Of a stretch of 64,000 nt of DNA, positions 36,815-47,562 are shown piece by piece. The notes beneath the pieces are model-generated. The model saw nothing but the letters and a program-made list of their open reading frames with translations, did no database searches and was not told the origin of the DNA. Every line of letters begins with the position of its first letter. The stretch's first letter is position 1. The position numbers were made by a program, and so were the translations under genes. Source of the stretch: Candidatus Pacearchaeota archaeon. GTDB taxonomy: Archaea; Nanobdellota; Nanobdellia; Pacearchaeales; GW2011-AR1. The stretch is from assembly GCA_964202455.1 (NCBI GenBank), contig CAXNIJ010000001.1:46080-110079 (forward strand), given 5' to 3'.

Positions 36815-37085
36815 TAATGTAGACCAGCCTGCGCGTTCGCCCCGCGCAATCACACAAACGGGCGTCATGGTGGGCTGAAAGGAGCGAGTGAGGCAAAAGC
36901 AATTCAGTCTTTTTTCGGACGTTGACGTTTTGTCCTGTTCGATCTTGCTCCTGTGAAACGGGTCAGGCCTTGATCGGAGCAGCCCTAAGCAGATGGCGAG
37001 GTGCTTACAGGGTTGCAAAGCCGAGAAAGAAAAAAGGGCACTGTGTTGTGGATGCCAAGCAAACTCCCCGTCTACATTTTCCTAA
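36815..37085 (+). ncRNA. Signal recognition particle RNA (7S/SRP RNA); boundaries approximate
   Basis: A GC-rich island in AT-rich DNA. GGTCAGGCCTTGATCGGAGCAGCCCTAAGCAGATGGCGAGGTGC aligns closely with SRP RNA domain IV/helix 8 (E. coli 4.5S: GGUCAGGUCCGGAAGGAAGCAGCCAAGGCAGAUGACGCGUGUGC). Confidence 0.65.
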
Positions 37086-37127
37086 AAAAAAAGAAAGATT
37101 TAAATAGTATACAGATTCAAATAGAAT

Positions 37128-37760
37128 ATGAAAGAGGGTAGGATGAAAATTATTGGTATTTCAGCGGCGATAGTTATTCTAGTTGTTGTCGCAATTTATT
37201 TTTTGAGTAGTCCATCTTCAGTTACAGGCAATATCGTTAGATCATTTCCTTCAGCCTGCGCATATGTTGGCGACGCCAATGGTGACGGACGGCTATCCAC
37301 TGAAGACGTAACATTAATAAGATCATTTGTTCTGGGGACCGCAGTTCCAACATGGTATCAGACTTCTATTTCAGATTTAAGCAGTAATGGAACCTATCCA
37401 ATTTCAGTCACCACATTAGACTCCTCTCTTCTTAATTATTATTTAAACAATAGATCTAACACATTTTCTCTTTGCAGTAATCCTAACTTGTGTATAGATA
37501 CAGACTATAACTCTCAAAATTTGGACGGTGTGAATCCAAATATGATTGGATCCACCTATTATCAAAAAAATGTATCAGCTAGTTTTGTAGATCAATGTGT
37601 TTTATATAGCGTTGTTAACGGATATGGGACATACTCTCCAGCACCAGGCAATGTTTGCACTGGGGAGAATTGTAATGTGGATGAACAATTCTGTACATTT
37701 CATGGGAGAGCAACGGTAGCTAGATCATGTTCAAATTGCAACGCCGGAAGATGCATTTAG
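37128..37760 (+). CDS. Secreted/anchored protein with a dockerin-like Ca-binding motif
   Basis: N-terminal TM anchor; GDANGDGRLSTEDVTLIRSFVLG resembles a dockerin type I repeat; Cys-rich C-terminus. Confidence 0.4.
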   Translation: MKEGRMKIIGISAAIVILVVVAIYFLSSPSSVTGNIVRSFPSACAYVGDANGDGRLSTEDVTLIRSFVLGTAVPTWYQTSISDLSSNGTYPISVTTLDSSLLNYYLNNRSNTFSLCSNPNLCIDTDYNSQNLDGVNPNMIGSTYYQKNVSASFVDQCVLYSVVNGYGTYSPAPGNVCTGENCNVDEQFCTFHGRATVARSCSNCNAGRCI

Positions 37761-37968
37761 TACTTCTTTCAATTTAATAATTATTCTCCACACTTTCCAT
37801 GACTTTATGAGAATAACAATTGTAGAAAAGTTTAGATTTTTACAAAATTCTCTCAAAAATAAATCTCCAGAAAAATTATCAAGTAAAGAGACCAGGGATT
37901 AATATCCGGAGACTACCTTTCCAGGACAATTCAGCAACATATAAAAACAACTATTATTTACTTTATCT

Positions 37969-38445
37969 ATGAATCAAAGGGGTCAATTTTATCTCATAGC
38001 TGCTCTTCTTGCAGTCGCGGTGCTTCTAAGTATGGGCACGATATTTGCACGTGCGCGCGTTCCTCAGCAAGACTTCTCAGTACAGGCACTTGCTGATGAA
38101 ATAAGAGACGAGACATTCGAACTAATAAATCACGATGCCTTTCAAAATAATAATTCAGAAGAAACAAGAAGCAGGATAGAAGGGTTAGTGCAAAACTACT
38201 CTATTCTAAATCCTATTCACGAAATGGTAATCATATATGGAAATTCAACAAAACTCGCCACAACCTCCTACTCAAAAGGCCTAGCTAGGTCCATAAATTC
38301 AGGGGATGTTGTTTCAGATGCTAAAACTATAACTTTAACTTTTGGTTCATTAAAGTATAATTTTCAAAGAACAATAGTTGGGACAGAGTTCCATATATTA
38401 ATTAAAAAAGAGGGAGAAAATGGAAAAACTATTGTTACAAGATAA
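37969..38445 (+). CDS. Archaeal type IV pilin-like protein (class III signal peptide)
   Basis: MNQRG|QFYLIAALLAVAVLL has a basic residue, Gly, then Q+1 and a hydrophobic helix. Confidence 0.5.
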   Translation: MNQRGQFYLIAALLAVAVLLSMGTIFARARVPQQDFSVQALADEIRDETFELINHDAFQNNNSEETRSRIEGLVQNYSILNPIHEMVIIYGNSTKLATTSYSKGLARSINSGDVVSDAKTITLTFGSLKYNFQRTIVGTEFHILIKKEGENGKTIVTR

Positions 38446-38974
38446 AAAAGGAGTAAGTGAAATGATTGGATACGTTCTTCTTGTATTAATTGCAGTAATT
38501 ATAAGCATAGGAGTATATTCCTATTTTAAACTTCAAATTCCAAAAGGAGAAATTAAATGTGAAAAAGATGCAACATTAATTATCCAAGATCAATCCTGTA
38601 GAATTCTTGGCACAGCCAAAGAAGTGACTCTAACTTTATCCAATAAAGGGCTTTATCATGTAGATGCAGCATATATTCGTCTAGGGGGAATAGGAAAAAA
38701 AGCAAAGACTTGGATAAACGATCCTGAAAAAGTTTCCGAAGGCAATTTTTACCTAACAGATCCTATAAAAAATACAAAAGGGCTACAACCAGGAAAGAAA
38801 TTAACTCTTAGACTTCCTCCTGCTGAAGGAATTCCTACGGCAATCGGATCCGGTTCAGGCTCAGGTTCAGGTGGCACAATTTACGAATTAGAAGTCCAAC
38901 CGGCAGTCATGAATTCAAAAGGGCTACTCGGGGCATGCGAAGCCATAGTATCACAAGAGATAATCTGTAATTAA
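38420..38974 (+). CDS. Archaeal pilin N-domain (PF07790-like) protein; paralogue of the N-terminus of the giant adhesin
   Basis: KKG|VSEMIGYVLLVLIAVIISIGVYSY; about 45% identical over 150 aa to residues 1-160 of 39276..46115; GSGSGSGSGG linker near the C-terminus. Confidence 0.6.
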   Translation: MEKLLLQDKKGVSEMIGYVLLVLIAVIISIGVYSYFKLQIPKGEIKCEKDATLIIQDQSCRILGTAKEVTLTLSNKGLYHVDAAYIRLGGIGKKAKTWINDPEKVSEGNFYLTDPIKNTKGLQPGKKLTLRLPPAEGIPTAIGSGSGSGSGGTIYELEVQPAVMNSKGLLGACEAIVSQEIICN

Positions 38975-39275
38975 AAAAATCTAAATTAGTTCGATACTTT
39001 ACAATATTTTGACCAAAATATCTAAAATTTAGATAATTTTTTATTAATAATTGAGATTTTAAAGTAAAATCTAACAAAAATCATATTCAATAAAATCTAA
39101 ATTAGTTTGACATGTCAAAATGCATTGAGTGAAAATCCCATTTTCAATCTAATTTACTTCGTCGAAAATAGTCACTTTTAATTGACTCTTCAAATGGCTA
39201 GGTCAAGTACAAATATAGCAACATATAAAAACAATCTGGAGCTTTTCAACTGCGAGGACAACTTAATAAAAAGAG

Positions 39276-42200
39276 ATGAAAAAAATGTTCTGGAATAATC
39301 GAAAAGGTATGAGTGAGACTATAGGATATGTTCTCTTAATTATAATCGGAATTGGACTTTCGGTAGGAGTCTATTCCTATCTTAAACTTCAAGTCTATAA
39401 AGATCAACCCCAATGTCAACAAAATACTGCAATATATATCGAAAATCCAGTTTGTATTCTTTCTGGATCAAATCAACAAGTGACATTAACATTATATAAT
39501 TCCGGACTTCACAAAATTGACGCAGCGTACATCCGTCTGGGGGCAGTAGGAAAAAAAGCAAGGAGTTGGATAAATGATCCAACAAAAGTTTCCGAAGGCA
39601 ATTTTTATCTTACAAATCCAAATACTAATAAAAAGAGTTTGCAACCTGGAGAAAGATTAACTTTAATTTTGCCCAAGGCAACAATTCCACTGTCAACAGA
39701 CGGACGGTATGAATTAGAAGTTCAACCAGCAATAACTTCTCCAAAGGGTCTTCTTTCTTCTTGTAATCCCATCAGAACTCAAAAAATAAATTGTAATTCT
39801 GGGGTATCTGGTGTCAGTAATTCAGACATTTCATTCGGATCAAATACTAAATCTGGAGCATCATCCGGTTCAAGAACTAGACGCATTGCAGGACAGCCAT
39901 TTGTGACTTTGACTTCTCCAACTTCAAGCCAGAGTTTCAAATCTCCTGCAACAGTATCTCTTTCAGCATATGCAGACGATGAAGACGGAACAATCTCAAA
40001 AGTAGAATTCTTCAAAGGAGATTCAACAATTGTTTCTAATAAAATAGGCGAAGATACTTCTTCTCCTTTTGAGTTTTCTTGGACAGGAGTTCAAAAGGGT
40101 TCCTACGTTTTATCTGCAAAAGCAACTGATAATCAAGCAAGTTCAGCATCATCTGACGCAGTATTAATTTCAGTTAATGATCCGGATAAAATATCTCCAA
40201 GATTCATTTCATTCATCTCTAATCCTCCAGCAGGTTCCACAGTTAATGCTCCAGCATCAATCACATTCATGGTAGATGTAACTGATGATGACGGTTCAAT
40301 TTCCAAAGTAGAATTCTTTGATAGTTCAAGTGCTAATCCAAGTCAACCATTATCTACAGTTCTTACTGCCCCATACACTTCAACAATAACCTTGTCGACT
40401 CTAGGAGATCATTCAATCACTGCAAGAGCAACAGACAACGATGGAGCTTCAACATTTTCAACAGTAAATATATTGACCATTAATGAAGCTCCAGTAGTTG
40501 TTCAGCCAATACCATTTACAATCACAGTAACTAATGCAGATAATAGTCCAACAGATATGGGTAGCGTTTCAGTACAATCAGGAGCAACGAATATCATTTC
40601 AGATTGTACTGTGACAAAAACAGGCACATCTTCTTGCACTACTTCAATTACTGCGGGCTCAGTTGTAACCATCACCACAACTGCAATTTCAGGAGGGTAT
40701 TGGCTTCCAGAAACATCTATCGAATGCTCTAATAAAGGAGGAACATTTTCATCTAGTCAAAACGGACTCATAGAGGAATGCACTTTAACAGTTTCTACAG
40801 CCACAATTTTCAACACTAAGTTTTCAACTTGCACGGCTTTAGGCACAATTTGTCCAAACACAGCACCAACAGTTACAATAGTTTCTTCTAATGGAAATAC
40901 TTTTAATTCTCCAGCAAACATTCAATTAAGTGCTCAAGCATCAGATTCTGATGGCTCAATAGCTAAAGTAGAATTCTTCAATGGAGATTCTTCAGTATCG
41001 ACTAATAAAGTTGGAACAGACGCCGATCCTCTAGATGGATGGACTTTCGCGTGGACTAATGTCCCCACAGGATCTTACTCTCTAACTGCAAAAGCAACCG
41101 ATAATGGTGGAGCATCAACTATTTCATCTCCAATCCCAATAGTCGTAAATACTCCAGGCAATACTGCTCCAACTGTTAACTTATTAAATCCCGTAAATAA
41201 TCAAATATTTACTATTCCAGTTACAATTGCATTCTCTGCGCAAGCATCCGATACAGACGGAATCTCAAAAGTAGAATTCTACCAAGGAACAACTAAACTC
41301 GGCGAAGATACTTCCTCCCCCTATGAATATTCCTGGGTCAACCCGCAAGCAGGATCTTACTCTCTAACTGCAAAAGCAATTGATATCCCTGGATCCACCG
41401 CCATGTCAGCATCAAATTCAATTGAAGTAATGCTTCCAACAAATTCTCTGCCTACTGTCACTTTAAATTCTCCCTTAACCGGTTCTCAATTTACCACTGG
41501 AAACACGATAGCTCTAATTGCAACGGCTTCAGACATAGATGGTACAGTTACTAACGTATTTTTTTACGAAGGAGAAAATAGTATTGGTCAAGGAACAAAA
41601 AATCCTAGCACAGGTAAATGGGAATTAGCTTGGACTAATGTTCTTGCAGGGTCTTACACACTTACTGCACGGGCAGTAGATGATCGTAGCGGATCTTCAG
41701 GATTATCTTCATCAATATCAATAACGGTTAAATCAACACTTACAATTTCAGCAAATAATAACGGCGGATCATCGACTATCGATTCAGGCACAATCACAAC
41801 AAATGTAGGGGGAATTTCTTGTTCAACTCCAAATTCTCCTTGTTCAACACAAATTCCGGCAGGTTCAACACTAACTATCACTTCTACCGCAAAATCTGGA
41901 GGTTATTGGTTTATAGATACTTCAAGTTGTGATTGTTCAACATGCCAGCGCAATTTAATTTCAGAAACCAGTCAAGAATGTAAAATAACTAATCTAAACA
42001 ATAATTTAGTATTTTCTACTACATTCGTCCATTGCAGTATTTGGAATTCATGTCCAAACATAGCTCCAACCGTTTCAATAACTTCTCCTTCTCAAGGCGC
42101 CTCTTTCACATCACCAGCATCAATAACCTTAACAACAACAGCATCAGATTCAGATGGTTCAATCTCAAAAGTAGAATTCTACCAAGGAACAACTAAACTC

Positions 42201-45200
42201 GGCGAAGATACTTCCTCCCCTTATGAATATTCATGGGTTAACCCGCAAGTGGGGTCTTACTCTCTAATTGCAAAAGCAATTGATAACGGCGGATCATTAA
42301 CAGAATCAGCTTTAATTTCTATTACAATTAACGCACCAGGAAATAATCCTCCAACTATCTCCCTCACATCAAATCCAAAAGATAGTGAAATAATATCTTC
42401 ACCAGCATCAATAACCTTAACAGCAGCTGCGTCAGATTCAGACGGTTCAATCTCAAAGGTAGAATTTTTTGACAGCATAAGTGCAGATCCTAGCTCTCCA
42501 ATTGCAACTATCACTTCTTCACCATACATCCATACCTTCACAACTTTAACAAGTGGAACACATATATTTACGGCAAAAGCTACAGATAATGCAAATACTC
42601 CTGCAAGTACAATTTCGAATCAAAAATCAGTTATTGTAAATTCTCCTCCAACAGTTTCATTTACTTCTCCACAAATAGGAGATATCTATATTGCTCCAGC
42701 ATTTATTACTGTCTCAGCAGATCCAAGAGATACAGATGGCTCAATTTCGAGTTTACAATTTTCTTATCAAGGTGGTGCGCTATCTGGACAGATTAATCCT
42801 TCTTTTTCTTTCCCACCATACAGCACAACTTGGTCAGGTATTGCCGCTTCTCCCGATTCAGGAATATATACTCTCACTGCAACAGCTTCAGATAATATCG
42901 GAGCCAGTGTAACTTCAACAAGAACAACTATAGTAACAAATGCCCCATCTATTTCGATGAAATATCCTGCACAGGGTTCAAGCTACACTACAGAAGATTC
43001 TGTAACTATTAGAGCAGAGGCGAACGATATCGGCGGGTCAATTAACAAAGTAGAATTTTTCGATGAAGGAACAAAAATCGGCGAAGACACATCAGACATC
43101 TATCAAATTTCTAAAATATTTACATCAACGGGAATTCATACAATTACAGCTACAGCAACAGACAATCATAATCAACAAGCAACTTCTGGATCAGTATCAA
43201 TTAATGTAGCATTGCCAACAGTAAGATTAATTCTTAAAGCAGTTAATACTGATGGATCTATAACTTCAAATTCAGGATCAACTTCTTCTTCTCTTTCAGG
43301 GACCACGACTCTTTATTGTACCGCTGCACAAACTTCATGTTACCAAGATTATTCAAAAGGTTCTCAAGTAACTATTTCAGCAACCTCTTCTTCAAATTGG
43401 AGAGGAGACACATCAATAGATTGTTCAAATTTGGGAGGGTTAATGTCTGGAGATAGTTGCCTAATTACACTCAATTCAGACAAAACTTTCACAACAAAAT
43501 TCATTAATCAACTTCCCACAGTTTCACTCACATCGCCCGCTGATGGAGCAGTATTTACAATTCCAGTAGGAAGCTCTACAACTTCCATCTCCCTATCTGC
43601 TACTGCAAGCGTTTGGGAAGGAGCAGTTACAAAGGTAGAATTCTATAGTCAACCACAAGGAGGAGCAGTCGCTCCCACACTTATAGGTACAGACACCACT
43701 TCACCATTTTCATTATCTTGGTCTAACGCGCAGGCAGGATCTTACACTCTAACGGCAGTAGCAACAAAAGATAATAATCCTTCACAATCAACAACTTCAA
43801 GTCCAGTTTACATAACTGTAAATTCTCCGGCAAATCAAGCTCCAACGGTCGGATCTGTTTCCGCGCCTTCATTAATTATTAATGGAGAATCAAATAGCAT
43901 TTCAACAACAGCAGCAGATGACGGAACAATTTCATCAGTCAATTTCTATTATCAACAAGGTAGTGGGAGCAAGTCTTTTATTTGTTCCGGAGCACTGTCT
44001 TCTGGATCATTATCTTCAGGAACTTGGAGCTGTCCTTGGTCTTCATCTCTAATTTCAGGCGCTTATACAATTTCGGCAACAGCTACAGATAACCTCGGAT
44101 CTTCCACAATTTCATCAGGAACTTCTACGACTATAAATTCTCGTCCAACAATTACAATTGCAACTCCAAGTGTAGTGACTTCAGGATCTTCAGTAACATT
44201 GACTGCTTCAGCGTCAGATCCAGATGGTAACCCTATAACAGTAGCTTTCTCAGATTCAAGTACCTCTTCACTTTCGTCAGTATCATCTTCAGGTTCACAA
44301 TTTAGTACAACTTTCTCTTCTTCAAGTTCAGGTCAACACACAATTACTGCAACAGTCACAGATAGTTATGGAACTTCTGCACAAGTCTCTAAAAATCTTA
44401 AAGTTAATTCTCCACCTAGTGTTTCACTCTCAACATCAGGTTCAACAACAACTGCTCCAGCTACAATAATTTTAACAGCATCAGCATCAGATAGCGATGG
44501 ATCAAGCGACATTACAGAAGTAGAATTCTACCAAGGATCGACCAAAATAGGATCAGACGCTTCATCTCCTTATACGCTTACCCTTAACAATGTTGTAGCA
44601 GGAGCATATAACTTTAAAGCTCAAGTATATGATCATGATTCTTCAGCAGAATCATCAGTTGTCTCAGTTATAGTAACCTCTCCAAATCAAGCACCAACTG
44701 TTTCACTCTCAACTGCAGGTTCAACAACGACTGCTCCAGCATCAATAAAACTTACAGCGACAGCATCTGATCCAGATGGAAATAACCAAATTACAAGAGT
44801 AGAATTCTTTAAAGACGGATCTCTCATTAATACTGACTCCACATCTCCGTATACTTATACATTATCTAATGTTATAGCCGGAACATACAAGTTTACTGCA
44901 AAGGTATTTGATAGTTCTCTTTCAGGAACCTCTTCAGAAGAGACAATCACAGTAACTCCAAACACGCCTCCAACAGTTTCAATAACTTCTCCAACAAGTG
45001 GAGCAACATTTACTGCTCCAGCATCAATAACAATTAATACTAATGCGCAAGATGTTAACGGCATTGACCAAATAGATATTTATCAAGGAACAACAATTAT
45101 CGGATCTGGAAGTTCTTTCACTTGGACAGGAGTCCCTGCAGGATCTTATTCGCTTACAGCAAAAGCAACAGATAATTTGGGAGCATCAACCGAATCTTCT

Positions 45201-46115
45201 CCAGTTGCAATAACTATAACTGCACCCCAAAATCCCACGTCACTTTCTCTTACGTCAGACAAAACAACTTATGTTTCCGGAGAAAATGCAAAATACACTG
45301 CAACTTTAACTGATCCAAGCAATATAGGGGTTCCATCTGCCCCAACACTATCGGCTGGAGGAACTTTCATAAGGGATCCAGAAGATCCAAATAACGCCAA
45401 TAAGTGGATATCAACTTCAATACCATTAACTCCGGGAGTATTTAATGGAATTAATGCACAGATTACAGATAACTTAGGAAATCTAAGGACTTCAAATTCA
45501 TTAAATATTGTCGTTAATCCAAAGCTAACAGTAACTTCGTCTCAATCAGGTTCAACAACGCCTTCAGGAACAATTAGCGTTACAGGTTTAACCGAAAGTT
45601 GTACAATAGGATCCACATGTAATAAAGATTATGCACCAGGAACACCAGTAACCGTTACAGTCACTCAAAATGAGAATTGGGTTGCAAGCATCGAGGGTTG
45701 TCCAGTACCATTATCTATGGGCGAAACTTCTTATACTTGTACATTTACCATGAATGCAAATACAAATCTGGGAGTAACGTATAGTTTCATTCCGCCCGCA
45801 CCAACTTCTTACTCATTATCTGTGAGCATATATCCAGGTCCAGGAGTAACTGGATATGGCGGAATCACAGGTTCTAGTTGGAACGGGGGCCCTGGACAGA
45901 TAAATTGTTATATTCCTCAAGTAAATCTAGATTATCCAAAATGCTCAGAATCAGTTAGTGCAGGAGAAGTAGTAACTCTCGCCCTTGGAAATTTTGATAC
46001 GGGAAATGGTGGAAGAATAGAATGTAATGGAGAAGGTTTAGCCAATGATGGAGATTATTTATGTTACGTCACCATGGATAAAATGCGCACTATTACAGTA
46101 TCAATATTTAAATAA
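39276..46115 (+). CDS. Giant (2279-aa) pilin-headed surface adhesin with about 20 Ig-like repeats
   Basis: N-terminal class III signal RKG|MSETIGYVLLIIIGIGLSVGVYSY followed by a pilin domain. Then many approximately 95-aa repeats with the signature SISKVEF(Y/F)xGxxxxGxDTSSPYxxSWxxxxxGSYxLTAKAxDNxG, and Cys-containing beta-sandwich modules. Confidence 0.7.
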   Translation: MKKMFWNNRKGMSETIGYVLLIIIGIGLSVGVYSYLKLQVYKDQPQCQQNTAIYIENPVCILSGSNQQVTLTLYNSGLHKIDAAYIRLGAVGKKARSWINDPTKVSEGNFYLTNPNTNKKSLQPGERLTLILPKATIPLSTDGRYELEVQPAITSPKGLLSSCNPIRTQKINCNSGVSGVSNSDISFGSNTKSGASSGSRTRRIAGQPFVTLTSPTSSQSFKSPATVSLSAYADDEDGTISKVEFFKGDSTIVSNKIGEDTSSPFEFSWTGVQKGSYVLSAKATDNQASSASSDAVLISVNDPDKISPRFISFISNPPAGSTVNAPASITFMVDVTDDDGSISKVEFFDSSSANPSQPLSTVLTAPYTSTITLSTLGDHSITARATDNDGASTFSTVNILTINEAPVVVQPIPFTITVTNADNSPTDMGSVSVQSGATNIISDCTVTKTGTSSCTTSITAGSVVTITTTAISGGYWLPETSIECSNKGGTFSSSQNGLIEECTLTVSTATIFNTKFSTCTALGTICPNTAPTVTIVSSNGNTFNSPANIQLSAQASDSDGSIAKVEFFNGDSSVSTNKVGTDADPLDGWTFAWTNVPTGSYSLTAKATDNGGASTISSPIPIVVNTPGNTAPTVNLLNPVNNQIFTIPVTIAFSAQASDTDGISKVEFYQGTTKLGEDTSSPYEYSWVNPQAGSYSLTAKAIDIPGSTAMSASNSIEVMLPTNSLPTVTLNSPLTGSQFTTGNTIALIATASDIDGTVTNVFFYEGENSIGQGTKNPSTGKWELAWTNVLAGSYTLTARAVDDRSGSSGLSSSISITVKSTLTISANNNGGSSTIDSGTITTNVGGISCSTPNSPCSTQIPAGSTLTITSTAKSGGYWFIDTSSCDCSTCQRNLISETSQECKITNLNNNLVFSTTFVHCSIWNSCPNIAPTVSITSPSQGASFTSPASITLTTTASDSDGSISKVEFYQGTTKLGEDTSSPYEYSWVNPQVGSYSLIAKAIDNGGSLTESALISITINAPGNNPPTISLTSNPKDSEIISSPASITLTAAASDSDGSISKVEFFDSISADPSSPIATITSSPYIHTFTTLTSGTHIFTAKATDNANTPASTISNQKSVIVNSPPTVSFTSPQIGDIYIAPAFITVSADPRDTDGSISSLQFSYQGGALSGQINPSFSFPPYSTTWSGIAASPDSGIYTLTATASDNIGASVTSTRTTIVTNAPSISMKYPAQGSSYTTEDSVTIRAEANDIGGSINKVEFFDEGTKIGEDTSDIYQISKIFTSTGIHTITATATDNHNQQATSGSVSINVALPTVRLILKAVNTDGSITSNSGSTSSSLSGTTTLYCTAAQTSCYQDYSKGSQVTISATSSSNWRGDTSIDCSNLGGLMSGDSCLITLNSDKTFTTKFINQLPTVSLTSPADGAVFTIPVGSSTTSISLSATASVWEGAVTKVEFYSQPQGGAVAPTLIGTDTTSPFSLSWSNAQAGSYTLTAVATKDNNPSQSTTSSPVYITVNSPANQAPTVGSVSAPSLIINGESNSISTTAADDGTISSVNFYYQQGSGSKSFICSGALSSGSLSSGTWSCPWSSSLISGAYTISATATDNLGSSTISSGTSTTINSRPTITIATPSVVTSGSSVTLTASASDPDGNPITVAFSDSSTSSLSSVSSSGSQFSTTFSSSSSGQHTITATVTDSYGTSAQVSKNLKVNSPPSVSLSTSGSTTTAPATIILTASASDSDGSSDITEVEFYQGSTKIGSDASSPYTLTLNNVVAGAYNFKAQVYDHDSSAESSVVSVIVTSPNQAPTVSLSTAGSTTTAPASIKLTATASDPDGNNQITRVEFFKDGSLINTDSTSPYTYTLSNVIAGTYKFTAKVFDSSLSGTSSEETITVTPNTPPTVSITSPTSGATFTAPASITINTNAQDVNGIDQIDIYQGTTIIGSGSSFTWTGVPAGSYSLTAKATDNLGASTESSPVAITITAPQNPTSLSLTSDKTTYVSGENAKYTATLTDPSNIGVPSAPTLSAGGTFIRDPEDPNNANKWISTSIPLTPGVFNGINAQITDNLGNLRTSNSLNIVVNPKLTVTSSQSGSTTPSGTISVTGLTESCTIGSTCNKDYAPGTPVTVTVTQNENWVASIEGCPVPLSMGETSYTCTFTMNANTNLGVTYSFIPPAPTSYSLSVSIYPGPGVTGYGGITGSSWNGGPGQINCYIPQVNLDYPKCSESVSAGEVVTLALGNFDTGNGGRIECNGEGLANDGDYLCYVTMDKMRTITVSIFK

Positions 46116-46206
46116 ATTAAAAATAAAAATAGTTTAGATTTTCATATATTTAGAAAGAGCAATTGAAAACATAAATGTTTAAATATAGATTAAGATAGAT
46201 ATAGAA

Positions 46207-47502
46207 ATGAATTTAAGGAAGGAATTTAAATCATTATTAACTATTTTCGGACTTACCACTTTCTCAAATTTTCAATCATTGGCAGATTCACATTATCTAG
46301 GCGAAGTTAAACCAATTTTAACTTCCGAGGCAATTACTAACCTTCGGGCATCAGAAAATCTTATCACTTGGCAAGATTCCATTTTTCAAAAAAACGCCTT
46401 AAAGGCATTTAATATAAAGGATAAAACTACAAATTATCTTGCAACTTCTCAGTCAAAGTTCATAGATATATATCCTGGGAGAGAAGACGTCTTGTGGTAT
46501 GATAATAGACAGCCAAATAGGTATTTTATTTGGAATCCTTCAGAAGGGACAAAACAAATAGATGTATCATGTAGTCAATTAACTAGAGTTATTCGTACAC
46601 AATCTTCATTAATTTCTGCTTGCGGTTACGATTCTAGTCCAGAAAAAAAGATAACTATTGAATTTTTCAATGGTCAAGTCAAACATATTACAGAATCATA
46701 TCTTCTGGGTGCAAATGAATCTTCAATATTTATCCAAAACATTTCTTCAGATGGAATTATGTCCTTAGCAAAAATAGATTTAGAGAACGATAAAAAAGAA
46801 ATAATTTATACTTCAACATCAACAGGCACTATTTTGACTTCAAAACAAAATTTTGAAAAATTGTTCGTTCATTCAGGTCTTAATTCCTCATGGATAATCG
46901 GAGAAAAAGTTTTAGGTCAAAGTCAATTAGAAACGTCTTTAATGTATCACAATAGTAAATCAACATTTCTTTTAAAAAGAAATCCCACGTCTGTAAAGGA
47001 TCTAGAGGTTTCTAATAAAGGAGTTTTCTGGAACGAATTAAACAATACAAAGAAGAAATTCGATTTATATTTCTGGAGTGAAACCAAAGGTAAAAATTTA
47101 ATTACCCAGGGAGAAGATTCAATAAGTGTAGATGAATTCTCAGTTGTAGATGGAAATATTTATATGACTGATGGCAAAAAATTATACGTAGCAACTCTAG
47201 AAGAATATCCCTCTCAAGCGCCAAATATCACCTACAAATATGGGACAAATCCAAGAAGAATAAATTTCACAGTAACAAATCCAGTTCAAGGAAAAGAATA
47301 CACTCTCCAAAGAAGTATAGGCAATATAATGGGGTCTTGGAGAGATATAGAGAGTAGACTAACAAACTTCACAATAGATAACAAAAATCCTCCAAAAGAC
47401 GCAGTAACTTACACATACACTATTCCTTCAGACCCTTCAACAGGCAGAGAAACAATCTTCCCCAATGAATTCTTTAGAGTTGAAGCAAAAACGCCCCAAT
47501 AA
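46207..47502 (+). CDS. Secreted hypothetical protein
   Basis: 431 aa with an N-terminal signal-like segment; no motif recognised. Confidence 0.4.
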   Translation: MNLRKEFKSLLTIFGLTTFSNFQSLADSHYLGEVKPILTSEAITNLRASENLITWQDSIFQKNALKAFNIKDKTTNYLATSQSKFIDIYPGREDVLWYDNRQPNRYFIWNPSEGTKQIDVSCSQLTRVIRTQSSLISACGYDSSPEKKITIEFFNGQVKHITESYLLGANESSIFIQNISSDGIMSLAKIDLENDKKEIIYTSTSTGTILTSKQNFEKLFVHSGLNSSWIIGEKVLGQSQLETSLMYHNSKSTFLLKRNPTSVKDLEVSNKGVFWNELNNTKKKFDLYFWSETKGKNLITQGEDSISVDEFSVVDGNIYMTDGKKLYVATLEEYPSQAPNITYKYGTNPRRINFTVTNPVQGKEYTLQRSIGNIMGSWRDIESRLTNFTIDNKNPPKDAVTYTYTIPSDPSTGRETIFPNEFFRVEAKTPQ

Positions 47503-47562
47503 AGTTTAGAGATTATATTTCAGTTTTACTAGATAGCTAACTTACTAAAAAAACTTTCAAAA

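Noticed and set aside
36791-37107. Two overlapping ORFs (75 aa minus strand, 61 aa plus strand)
   Set aside because: They lie on the GC-rich SRP RNA candidate. GC-rich RNA genes in AT-rich genomes routinely produce long spurious ORFs.
38840-38880. GSGSGSGSGG linker that looks like a synthetic (Gly-Ser)n spacer
   Set aside because: It is embedded in a native pilin paralogue with archaeal codon usage and no vector-like flanks; it is a natural flexible linker, not an engineered construct.
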